64,000 nt of DNA from positions 1,761 to 65,760 of the forward strand of contig JBFJOO010000013.1 in assembly GCA_041617635.1 (NCBI GenBank), read 5' to 3'. A program made the position numbers and the translations under genes. The first letter of the stretch is position 1, and each line of letters opens with the position of its first letter. The notes below the pieces were generated by a model. That model ran no database searches, was not told the DNA's origin, and worked only from the letters and a program-made list of their open reading frames with translations. Shown one piece after another: positions 35,281 to 43,230 of the stretch. The stretch comes from Burkholderiales bacterium (lineage in GTDB: Bacteria; Pseudomonadota; Gammaproteobacteria; Burkholderiales; SG8-39).

Positions 35281-36282
35281 ATGAGCGGATTGCGTGCGGC
35301 GGTGATCGGGCTGGGCTGGTGGGGCAAGTACATCGTCGAGCGGCTCGCCGGCAGCGCCGAGCTACGCATCACCCATGCCGTCGACATGAACGAGGCGGCC
35401 GTGGCGGAGTTTGCCCGCGAGCACGGCCTGGTTCTGCGCAAGTCCATCGACGCCGTGCTGGAGGATTCAGCGGTCGACGCGGTGCTCGTGGCAACGCCGC
35501 ACAGCACCCACGAGTCGCTCGTCATCGCCGCAGCAAGCGCGGGCAAGCAGGTGTTCTGCGAGAAGCCGCTCACCCTGACCGCCGCGAGCGCCGAGCGGAT
35601 GCTCGCGGCGTGCGACCAAGCCGGCATCGTGCTCGGCATCGGCCACGAGCGACGCTTCGAGCCGGCGATGGAGGAGATCGCCGGAATGATCACCGCGGGG
35701 CGCCTCGGCCGGATCCTGCACGTGGAGGCCAACGTCAGCCATGATCTCTTCGCGCATGTCGACGCGACCAACTGGCGCGTCGGGGAGGCGGACGCGCCGG
35801 CCGCGGGCATGACCGCGCTCGGAGTGCATCTCACGGATCTCTTCATTTCGTACGCCGGGCGCCCGAAGTCGGTGCGGGCGCGCACTGCGCGCGTCCTGCC
35901 GGACGCGACCGGAAAAGATCACCTGTCGATCTGGCTCGACTTCGAGTCGGGCACAACGGGCACGATCACCTCGCTTGCGGCGACGCCTTTCTACGGGCGG
36001 CTGACGGTCTTCGGCGGACAGGGCTGGGCAGAGGTGCAGGAGCGCGCGAACGTGGACAAGGAGCTTCCGAGCGAGCTCGTGGTGAGCGATGCGTCCGGCA
36101 AGCGCACCGCGAAATCCTTTCCCGCGGCCAAGACCGTGCGCGCGAACCTGGAATCGTGGGCGAAGGCGGTGGGCGGCAAAGCGAAGTATCGATACACGCG
36201 CGAGCAGTTGCTGGACAACGTGCGCGTGCTCGATGCGGTCGTACGCTCTGCGAATGCCGGCGGCACGCTGATAGCGCTCTGA
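35281..36282 (+). CDS. Gfo/Idh/MocA-family NAD(P)-dependent oxidoreductase
   Basis: Rossmann motif LRAAVIGLGWWGKY and the family motif VFCEKPLTL are present. Confidence 0.8.
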   Translation: MSGLRAAVIGLGWWGKYIVERLAGSAELRITHAVDMNEAAVAEFAREHGLVLRKSIDAVLEDSAVDAVLVATPHSTHESLVIAAASAGKQVFCEKPLTLTAASAERMLAACDQAGIVLGIGHERRFEPAMEEIAGMITAGRLGRILHVEANVSHDLFAHVDATNWRVGEADAPAAGMTALGVHLTDLFISYAGRPKSVRARTARVLPDATGKDHLSIWLDFESGTTGTITSLAATPFYGRLTVFGGQGWAEVQERANVDKELPSELVVSDASGKRTAKSFPAAKTVRANLESWAKAVGGKAKYRYTREQLLDNVRVLDAVVRSANAGGTLIAL

Positions 36283-36308
36283 GCGCGCCGCACGCGCAGG
36301 CGATTCCC

Positions 36309-37466
36309 ATGAGCCAGGCGATGTTCGCCACCTGTCCGCGCGGGCTCGAGCCGGCTCTTGCGAGCGAGCTCGAAGCCTGCGGCGCGCGCGACGCGCGCGC
36401 GGTCGGCGGCGGCGTTCACTACACCGGCGATCAGGCGGTCTGCTATCGCGCCAACCTCGAGAGCCGCATCGCCTCGCGCATTCTGCTGCGCGTGGCGCAG
36501 GCGCCGTACCGCACCGAGCAGGACGTGTACGAGGCCGCGCATGCGGTGCGCTGGTCCGACCGGTTCGACGTCGGCTGCTCGATCCGCGTGGACGTGAGCG
36601 CGATCCGCTGCCCGCTCAAGAGCCTCGAGTTCGTGACGTTGCGCGTCAAGGACGCGGTCTGCGATCGCTTTCGCCTCGACGCCGGCAGCCGCCCAAACGT
36701 GGACACGCGCGCGCCGGATGTCCGCATCCACGCCTTTCTGGACGAGCGCAACGTCACCCTGTATCTCGACACCTCGGGCGAGCCGCTCTGGAAGCGCGGC
36801 CTGCGCGGCGCGACCGGCGAGGCGCCATTGCGCGAGAACCTTGCCGCCGGAATCATCGCGCTCTCCGGTTGGCGCCCCGACGAGCCGTTCTTCGACCCCC
36901 TGTGTGGCAGCGGGACGATCCTCGCCGAAGCGGCGCAGATCGCGCTCGGCATCGCGCCCGGGAGCCGGCGCGCCTTCGCGTTCGAGCGGCTGCGGGGTTT
37001 CGATGCGGCGCTCTGGCGGGAGCTTCGCGAGGCGGCCAGCGACCGCGCAACCGATGCGCCGAAGCCCGCGATCTTTGGCGCGGACCGCGATCAGCACATT
37101 CTGGAGAGCGCGCGATCCGCGCTCGCGCAGACCGGGTTGTCCGAAGCCGTGTCACTCCAGCGCGCGGACGTGCTCGAAGTCGGTGCGCCCGCGCCGGGCG
37201 GCGTGATGGTCACCAATCCGCCGTACGGCGTGCGCGTCGGGGAGGACGCCGAGCTTGCGGCGTTCTACCCGAAGCTCGGCGACGCGCTGAAGGCGCGCTT
37301 CGCCGGCTGGCGTTGCTACATTCTGACCGCCGATCTGCGGCTCGCGAAGCTGATCGGGCTCAAGGCCTCGAAGCGCACGCCGCTTTTCAACGGGCCGCTC
37401 GATTGCCGGCTCTTCGAGTACCGGATCATCTCCGGATCGATGCGGCGACCCGCCAGCGAAAGCTGA
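36309..37466 (+). CDS. THUMP-domain class I SAM-dependent RNA methyltransferase (RlmL N-terminal-half-like)
   Basis: The sequence shows FATCPRGLEPALASELE..., a THUMP region, the SAM-binding motif DPLCGSGTILAEAA and the catalytic NPPYG motif. Confidence 0.8.
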   Translation: MSQAMFATCPRGLEPALASELEACGARDARAVGGGVHYTGDQAVCYRANLESRIASRILLRVAQAPYRTEQDVYEAAHAVRWSDRFDVGCSIRVDVSAIRCPLKSLEFVTLRVKDAVCDRFRLDAGSRPNVDTRAPDVRIHAFLDERNVTLYLDTSGEPLWKRGLRGATGEAPLRENLAAGIIALSGWRPDEPFFDPLCGSGTILAEAAQIALGIAPGSRRAFAFERLRGFDAALWRELREAASDRATDAPKPAIFGADRDQHILESARSALAQTGLSEAVSLQRADVLEVGAPAPGGVMVTNPPYGVRVGEDAELAAFYPKLGDALKARFAGWRCYILTADLRLAKLIGLKASKRTPLFNGPLDCRLFEYRIISGSMRRPASES

Positions 37467-37560
37467 CTCGCGAACGTTCGGCGCGCGCGGTTTGACTTGC
37501 CCCCAATTGGCAGTACCATCACTCGCGCAAAGACCAGCGATTCCTTGAGGAGGAGAAACC

Positions 37561-38628
37561 ATGATGCAACGCCGCAATCCGCGCGCACCTGCTGCATTTG
37601 CAGCGGTCGTGCTCGCTGCGCTCGCGGGCGCCGTCGCGCCCACGGTCGCCCAGGCCCAGACGCAGGAGCTCAAGCTCGCCCACTTCGTCGTCCCGCAGCA
37701 CCCGTACTCGAAGTTCCTGCAGGAATGGGTCGACCTGATCGAGAAGAAGTCGGACGGCAAGATCAAGATCGCGATCTTCCCCAACGGCCAGCTGGGCCCC
37801 GCCCCACGGATGTACGACATGGCCCGCACCGGGCAGGCGGACGTCACCTGGTTCGTTCACGGATTCACTCCGGGCCGGTTTCCCCTCACCGACATCTCGA
37901 ACATGCCGTACCTCTTCGGCAGCGGGGAGATCGGCTCCAAGGTGCTGAACGAGCCCGAGATCCGGGCCATCCTCGACAAGGAGCATCCGGGCGTGCACGT
38001 GATGCAGCTCTACACGCACCAGCCGGGCAACGTGAACACGGCCTCCAAGCCGATTCACACGGTCGAGGATCTGAAAGGCCAGCGGATTCGTTTCGCCTCG
38101 CCCGCCGTGCGCGAGTTCATCGCCCAGCTCGGCGGAACGCCGGTCGGAATGCCGTCGCCCGAGATCGTCGAGAACATGCAGAAAGGCACGCTCGACGGCG
38201 CCTTCATCGACTACGGCGGCGCGGGCATCGCGTTCCGGATGGGACCGGTGACCAAGTACACGACCGAGCTGTATGCCTATGTGATCAGCTTCGGCACGGT
38301 CGTCAACCAGCGCACGTGGGATGCTCTGGGTCCCGCGGGCCAGAAGATCCTGACCGACGCCATGGAAGAGCTGGGGGGCGGAGCGGAGGCCGGCCGGCGC
38401 TTCGACAGCATCGACACGCCGGGCAAGAACGCCATGATCAAGGCCGGCACGCAGATCATTGCCCTGACGCCGGAGGAGAATGCGAAATTCCGCGCGGCGG
38501 GGGCTGCGGTCACCGAGCGCGTCCTCGCCGATCTCGAAAGCAAGGGAATGCCGGCCAGGAAGATCTACAAGCTGATGCAGGATTACGCCGCGAAGGCCGA
38601 GAAGACGTCCAAGTCCTTCTGGAAGTAG
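37561..38628 (+). CDS. TRAP transporter substrate-binding protein (DctP family)
   Basis: A signal peptide precedes a DctP-type core (ELKLAHFVVPQHP..., GQRIRFASP). Confidence 0.8.
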   Translation: MMQRRNPRAPAAFAAVVLAALAGAVAPTVAQAQTQELKLAHFVVPQHPYSKFLQEWVDLIEKKSDGKIKIAIFPNGQLGPAPRMYDMARTGQADVTWFVHGFTPGRFPLTDISNMPYLFGSGEIGSKVLNEPEIRAILDKEHPGVHVMQLYTHQPGNVNTASKPIHTVEDLKGQRIRFASPAVREFIAQLGGTPVGMPSPEIVENMQKGTLDGAFIDYGGAGIAFRMGPVTKYTTELYAYVISFGTVVNQRTWDALGPAGQKILTDAMEELGGGAEAGRRFDSIDTPGKNAMIKAGTQIIALTPEENAKFRAAGAAVTERVLADLESKGMPARKIYKLMQDYAAKAEKTSKSFWK

Positions 38629-38632
38629 CCGC

Positions 38633-39166
38633 GTGCCCGGCGATCGACCGGATCGATTGCGCGCACGCCTCGAGTGGGCCGCCCGGCCGTTCGGCTGGGT
38701 GGCCGTTGCCGCGCTCCTCTTCATGATGCTGCTGACGACGGTCGCGGTGTTCGCGCGCGCCCTGTTCGGGATCGAGGTGTTCGGCGTCGTGGACATGATG
38801 GAGATGGCGCTCGCAGTGTGCATCTTCGTCGCGCTGCCCGGTGTGTTCCTGCGCGACGAGCACATCACCGTCGCTCTCGTCGACTCGCTCCGGTCGGTGC
38901 GGCTCACGTTCGCGCTGCGCCTCGCCGGGCTCGCGCTCAGCCTCGCGTTCATCGTGGTGACGCTCGTCGAGATCGTGCCGCCCGCGCTCGACAAGTACCG
39001 CTACAACGAGGGCACGATGACGCTGCAGCTCCCGCGCTGGTGGCAGGCGGTGCCCATCGCCGTCGGATTCGGCTGCTCGGTGATCGCCGTCCTCGCGGTC
39101 GCCTGGCGGCTCGTGCGCGGCGGACCCAAGCGCGCGCTCGAGCTGCCCGCCCAGGACGCAGACTGA
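38633..39166 (+). CDS. TRAP transporter small permease (DctQ family)
   Basis: The ORF is 177 aa with four TM helices and lies between the DctP and DctM genes. The start codon is uncertain. Confidence 0.7.
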   Translation: MPGDRPDRLRARLEWAARPFGWVAVAALLFMMLLTTVAVFARALFGIEVFGVVDMMEMALAVCIFVALPGVFLRDEHITVALVDSLRSVRLTFALRLAGLALSLAFIVVTLVEIVPPALDKYRYNEGTMTLQLPRWWQAVPIAVGFGCSVIAVLAVAWRLVRGGPKRALELPAQDAD

Positions 39167-39172
39167 CCCTCG

Positions 39173-40480
39173 ATGTCGAGCGAGCTCATCGGCCTCGCCG
39201 GCTTGGCCGCGCTCATCGTGCTCGTCCTCGCGCGCGTGCCGTGCGCGGTGGCGCTCGGGATGGTCGGCTTCGTCGGCTACGCCGCGGTGGACGGCTGGCG
39301 ACGGGCGCTGATCGCGGTCGGCAGCGTCCCCTTCGAGATGGCGGAGAAGTACACGCTCACGGTGGTGCCGCTCTTCGTCCTCATGGGCGCGGTCGCCGCG
39401 CGCGCCGGCATGTCGAGCGAGCTCTACCGCGCCGCGAACGCGCTCTTCAGCGGCCTGCGCGGCGCGCTTGCCATGGGAACGATCGGCGGTTGCGCGGCTT
39501 TCGGCGCGATCTGCGGCTCCTCGCTCGCGACCACCGCGACCTTCGCGCGCGTGGCGGTGCCCGAGATGCGGAACCACGGCTACGACCTGCGCCTCGCCAC
39601 CGGCGTGGTCGCGTCCGGCGGCACGCTCGGCATCCTCATTCCGCCATCGATCATCCTGATCATCTACGCGCTCTTCTCGGAGCGCAGCGTGCCGGAGATG
39701 TACGCCGCGGCGCTCTTCCCGGGTGTCGTGCTCACGGCGCTGCATATCATCGCCATCGCGCTCATCGCGCGCCTGCAGCCCAGGCGCGTGCCGAAGGAGC
39801 CCGGGGTGCCGTTCACCGCACGACTGCGCGCGGCCGGATCGCTCTGGAAGATGGCGCTCCTTTTCGCGGTCGCGGTGGGCGGCATCTACGCCGGGATCAT
39901 GAGCCCGACCGAGGCTGCGGCGGTGAGCGCCTTCGCGGCGATCGTCATCGCGTTCGTCACGTGCGACTTCGGCCGGCGCGAGCTCGGCGCCGCGCTGATG
40001 GAGACCGTGTGGACGACCGGCACGCTCTTCTTCATCGCGCTCGCGGCGTTCCTGTTCGGCTACTTCATGGTGCTCACCCAGTTGCCGGTGACCGTCGCGA
40101 CCTGGGTGAAGGGCCTGGACGTGCCACCCTGGACGGTCATCCTCATCCTGGTGTTCGTCTACGTCGTGCTGGGATGCTTCCTCGACTCGCTCAGCATGAT
40201 CGTGGTGACCGTCCCGGTGTTCCTGCCGCTCGTGCAGGCGCTCGGCTACGATCCGGTCTGGTTCGGGGTGCTCGTGGTGGTGGTGGTCGAGATGGGACTC
40301 ATCACGCCTCCGGTCGGGCTGAACATCTTCGTCTTGCGCGCGCAGCTGCCCGACATACCGCTCGGCACGATGTTCCGGGGGATCGGGCCGTTCCTCGCCG
40401 CGGACGTGGCGCTGGTGTTCCTCCTCTTGGCCTTCCCAGCGCTCGCGCTCTGGCTGCCGAAGGCGCTCAATTTCCTCTGA
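39173..40480 (+). CDS. TRAP transporter large permease (DctM family)
   Basis: A 435-aa polytopic membrane protein with DctM-type motifs (GGTLGILIPPSI, VGLNIFV). Confidence 0.85.
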   Translation: MSSELIGLAGLAALIVLVLARVPCAVALGMVGFVGYAAVDGWRRALIAVGSVPFEMAEKYTLTVVPLFVLMGAVAARAGMSSELYRAANALFSGLRGALAMGTIGGCAAFGAICGSSLATTATFARVAVPEMRNHGYDLRLATGVVASGGTLGILIPPSIILIIYALFSERSVPEMYAAALFPGVVLTALHIIAIALIARLQPRRVPKEPGVPFTARLRAAGSLWKMALLFAVAVGGIYAGIMSPTEAAAVSAFAAIVIAFVTCDFGRRELGAALMETVWTTGTLFFIALAAFLFGYFMVLTQLPVTVATWVKGLDVPPWTVILILVFVYVVLGCFLDSLSMIVVTVPVFLPLVQALGYDPVWFGVLVVVVVEMGLITPPVGLNIFVLRAQLPDIPLGTMFRGIGPFLAADVALVFLLLAFPALALWLPKALNFL

Positions 40481-40483
40481 CGC

Positions 40484-41581
40484 CTAGTTGCTCCCCCACA
40501 CCTCGCGCGCAACCTCGACGATGCGCTCGAGCTTGCGCCACTGCTCGTCCGTCGTCAGCTTGTTGCCGTGATGCGTGCTCGCGAAGCCGCACTGCGGCGA
40601 GAGGCACAGGTTCTCCAGCGGAACGAACTTCGCGGCCTCGTCGATGCGCCGCTTGAGGTCGTCCTTGCTCTCCAGGGTGCCCGATTTCGAGGTGACGAGC
40701 CCGAGCACGACCTTCTTGCCCTTCGGCAACAGCCGGAGCGGCGCGAAAGTTCCGGCGCGCTCGGTGTCGTACTCCATGAAGTAGCCGTCGACGTTCGTGG
40801 AGAACATCGCCTCGATGACCTCGTCCTGGTAGCCGCCCGCCGCGAACCAGGTGCTGCGGAAATTGCCCCGGCAGGTGTGCATCGTGACCGTCATCCCAGG
40901 CGGGCGCTTGGCGAGCGCCCCGTTGATCGCATCGGCGTACGCGCGGTGCAGCGTCGCCGGATCGTCGCCGTGGTTGCGGAAATTCTCGCGCACCTTGTCG
41001 TCGCAGAGATACGAGAAGCTCACATCGTCGAGCTGCAGATAGGTGCAGCCCGCGGCGGCGATGTGGCGAATCGCCTCGCGATACGCCAAAGCCGCGTCGA
41101 CCCAGAACTCGGCGAGATCCGGATAGGCTTCCCGCGAGATGGCATTCCGCCCGCCGCGGAAGTGCAGCGTTGCCGGCGCCGGAATACAGAGCTTGGGGGT
41201 CTTCTTGACGACCGACTTCAGGAACTCGAAATGATCCGTCATGATCGGCTGCGTGCAGCGCACCTTGCCGGTCACGCTCGCCATCGGCGGCACATCCTCC
41301 GCCTGGAAGGTCATGCCCTCCACCTTGGTCAGCGTGACACCCTCGAGCTGCTTCACGAAGTCGAGATGCCAGAAGTCGCGGCGAAACTCCCCGTCCGTGA
41401 TGCCCTGAAGGCCGAGGGCTTCCTGCTTCGCGACCGCCGCGCGGATGGCGCGATCCTCGATGGCCTTCAGCTCGCCCGGCGGCAACGTGCCCGCCTTCGC
41501 CTTGGCGCGCGCCTCCTGCAACTCGGGAGGACGCAGCAGGCTGCCGACCTGGTCGGCGCGGTAGGGGGGTTTAAGAGTCAT
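40484..41581 (-). CDS. Cobalamin-independent methionine synthase II family (MetE C-terminal-like) protein, paralogue B
   Basis: The product is 365 aa starting MTLKPPYRADQVGSLLRP and carries the same Zn motifs (TMHTCRGN, LSPQCGFAS). By eye it is more than 50% identical to the 26801-27919 product. Confidence 0.75.
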   Translation of the reverse strand: MTLKPPYRADQVGSLLRPPELQEARAKAKAGTLPPGELKAIEDRAIRAAVAKQEALGLQGITDGEFRRDFWHLDFVKQLEGVTLTKVEGMTFQAEDVPPMASVTGKVRCTQPIMTDHFEFLKSVVKKTPKLCIPAPATLHFRGGRNAISREAYPDLAEFWVDAALAYREAIRHIAAAGCTYLQLDDVSFSYLCDDKVRENFRNHGDDPATLHRAYADAINGALAKRPPGMTVTMHTCRGNFRSTWFAAGGYQDEVIEAMFSTNVDGYFMEYDTERAGTFAPLRLLPKGKKVVLGLVTSKSGTLESKDDLKRRIDEAAKFVPLENLCLSPQCGFASTHHGNKLTTDEQWRKLERIVEVAREVWGSN

Positions 41582-41607
41582 GACCGGGATCTCCCGAAGT
41601 TGATGAG

Positions 41608-42144
41608 CTAGTCCTGTGGCGATTTCTCGTGCAGCCAGGCGGCCTGACGCGGTGCGCGCTTCGTGCGGCTCCACTCCTGGAGCATCGCGTCGCGCACGCC
41701 CACGAGCCGCTCGGTCAGCTCCGGTGTCATCGTGTCGACCGTCAGCTCCAGCCGGTGGCCGTTCGGATCGAAGAAGTAGATCGACTTGCAGATGACGTGA
41801 TCGGTCGGCCCGATCACCTCGACGCCGTGCGACTTGAGCTTCGCCTTGTAGACGAGCAGCGTCTCCTCGTCGGACACGCGCAACGCGAGATGCTGCACCC
41901 ATGCGGGAGTGTTCTCGTCGCGACCCATCGGCGGCGACTCCGGTACCTCGAAGAACGCGACATAGCTGCCGTCGTCCATCCGGAAGAAGACATGCATGTA
42001 CGGCGACACTTCGCCGGTGCTCGGCACGCGGTCCTCGGCAACCGCCATGGCGTACTCGAGGCCGAGGATCTTGGTGTAGAAGTCGGCGGTTTCGCGCGCG
42101 TCCTTGCACCGGTAGGCGACGTGGTGCAGCGACTTGATATCCAT
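41608..42144 (-). CDS. VOC-family protein (glyoxalase/extradiol dioxygenase fold)
   Basis: The sequence LHHVAYRCKDARETADFYTKILGLE...VQHLALRV...SIYFFDPNGHRLEL shows typical VOC metal-ligand spacing. Confidence 0.75.
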   Translation of the reverse strand: MDIKSLHHVAYRCKDARETADFYTKILGLEYAMAVAEDRVPSTGEVSPYMHVFFRMDDGSYVAFFEVPESPPMGRDENTPAWVQHLALRVSDEETLLVYKAKLKSHGVEVIGPTDHVICKSIYFFDPNGHRLELTVDTMTPELTERLVGVRDAMLQEWSRTKRAPRQAAWLHEKSPQD

Positions 42145-42227
42145 GGCGTCCCTCCTCGCGCCATTCCCGCCGTGGCACGCGTGGCGAAGCGCGCGGGCAT
42201 TCTAGCACCGCGCTGCGCGAACCAGCG

Positions 42228-42506
42228 TTAGAGACCTTGCAAGCCCGTGCCTTGCAGGAGCAGGGAGCACTCCGGATCCGTCTCGCGCAGCCTGAGCAGC
42301 GCACTCTCGATCTGGCTCCAGTCGTGGACGCCGCCGCCGTGGGCCTCCATCCCCTGCGCGAGCTTCTCCCGGCACCTCTGCAGCTCGGACGTGCAAGAGT
42401 GATGGAGCGCCCCGGCCAGTGGCGTGCGCTCCCAGCTGCCGCTGACTCCCGGCGACGTGGCGAGCAATGCCGCTGCAAGGCCTGCGGCGATCCCATCGAT
42501 TCTCAC
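42228..42506 (-). CDS. Hypothetical small protein (92 aa)
   Basis: AAGGAGGA lies 4-5 nt upstream of the GTG at 42506. The N-terminus is hydrophobic (IDGIAAGLAAALLATSPGVSG). I recognise no family. Confidence 0.4.
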   Translation of the reverse strand: MRIDGIAAGLAAALLATSPGVSGSWERTPLAGALHHSCTSELQRCREKLAQGMEAHGGGVHDWSQIESALLRLRETDPECSLLLQGTGLQGL

Positions 42507-42663
42507 GCGGTCCTCCTTAGCGCAGAGTCCGTCGGCGCGTCGTTGCGCCAACGCATGACGCCAAGCGTACTCGCTGGGCGCCGCGCGGTCTGCGTTCCAG
42601 CGCACCGAACGGATGTGGAATGTGCACCCTCGGCAGGCGCTCGCGCCGCCGCACCCAGAATGC

Positions 42664-42694
42664 AAAACGCCCGCAGCGTTGCCGCTGCGGGCGT
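42664..42694 (-). terminator. Rho-independent terminator downstream of the small secreted-peptide gene
   Basis: A perfect 12-bp stem (ACGCCCGCAGCG / CGCTGCGGGCGT) with a 4-nt loop is followed on the minus strand by TTTT. Confidence 0.7.
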
Positions 42695-42764
42695 CGTGCA
42701 GACTGCGCAAGGCCAGAGTTTTGGGACTGCCTCCTGGGCCGTGCTCGTCTTCCGCGGCGTGCGC

Positions 42765-42974
42765 TCAGTTCGACGCCACGCCACTGGTTCCGGCGTACCA
42801 GAACGTGTCGTTCGCGTTCGGGCTGCCGATCAGGCGCTGGTCCGCCTGAACGTTGAAGGTGATCTCGGCGCCGCCCACTTCGGGCATGAGGTACAGCGGA
42901 TCGGCATCGGCGAGGGCAAACGGGGCAACGGCGGCCAGCGCGACACCAGCGATCAGACCATGAAGTTTCGACAT
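42765..42974 (-). CDS. Small secreted protein/peptide (69 aa precursor, hypothetical)
   Basis: AAGGAG lies 7 nt upstream of the ATG. A signal peptide is present (MSKLHGLIAGVALAAVAPFALA, with a predicted cleavage site after ALA). The mature part of about 47 aa is acidic and Gly/Asn-rich. A terminator lies 70 nt downstream. Confidence 0.6.
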   Translation of the reverse strand: MSKLHGLIAGVALAAVAPFALADADPLYLMPEVGGAEITFNVQADQRLIGSPNANDTFWYAGTSGVASN

Positions 42975-43230
42975 TTTGCTGCTCCTTTGAGTAAGAGTGG
43001 TTGAGGTATCAGCGCCTGTTTCCGAAACCCTTGTAGCGCAGTGCTGATGGAGCGTATCTTCGCGCCGCCCGCAGGGAAAATCAGTGACCGGTGACGGTCC
43101 GGATTTGTGAACCCTGCACACTCGGCATCCGGATTGGGCCACGTTGGGAGGCGAGGGATGGGCGACGCACCCCGGCGTATGATCCCGGGAATCGTCTCCC
43201 GCGCCGGCTGACCTGCTACAAGTAGCGCTT

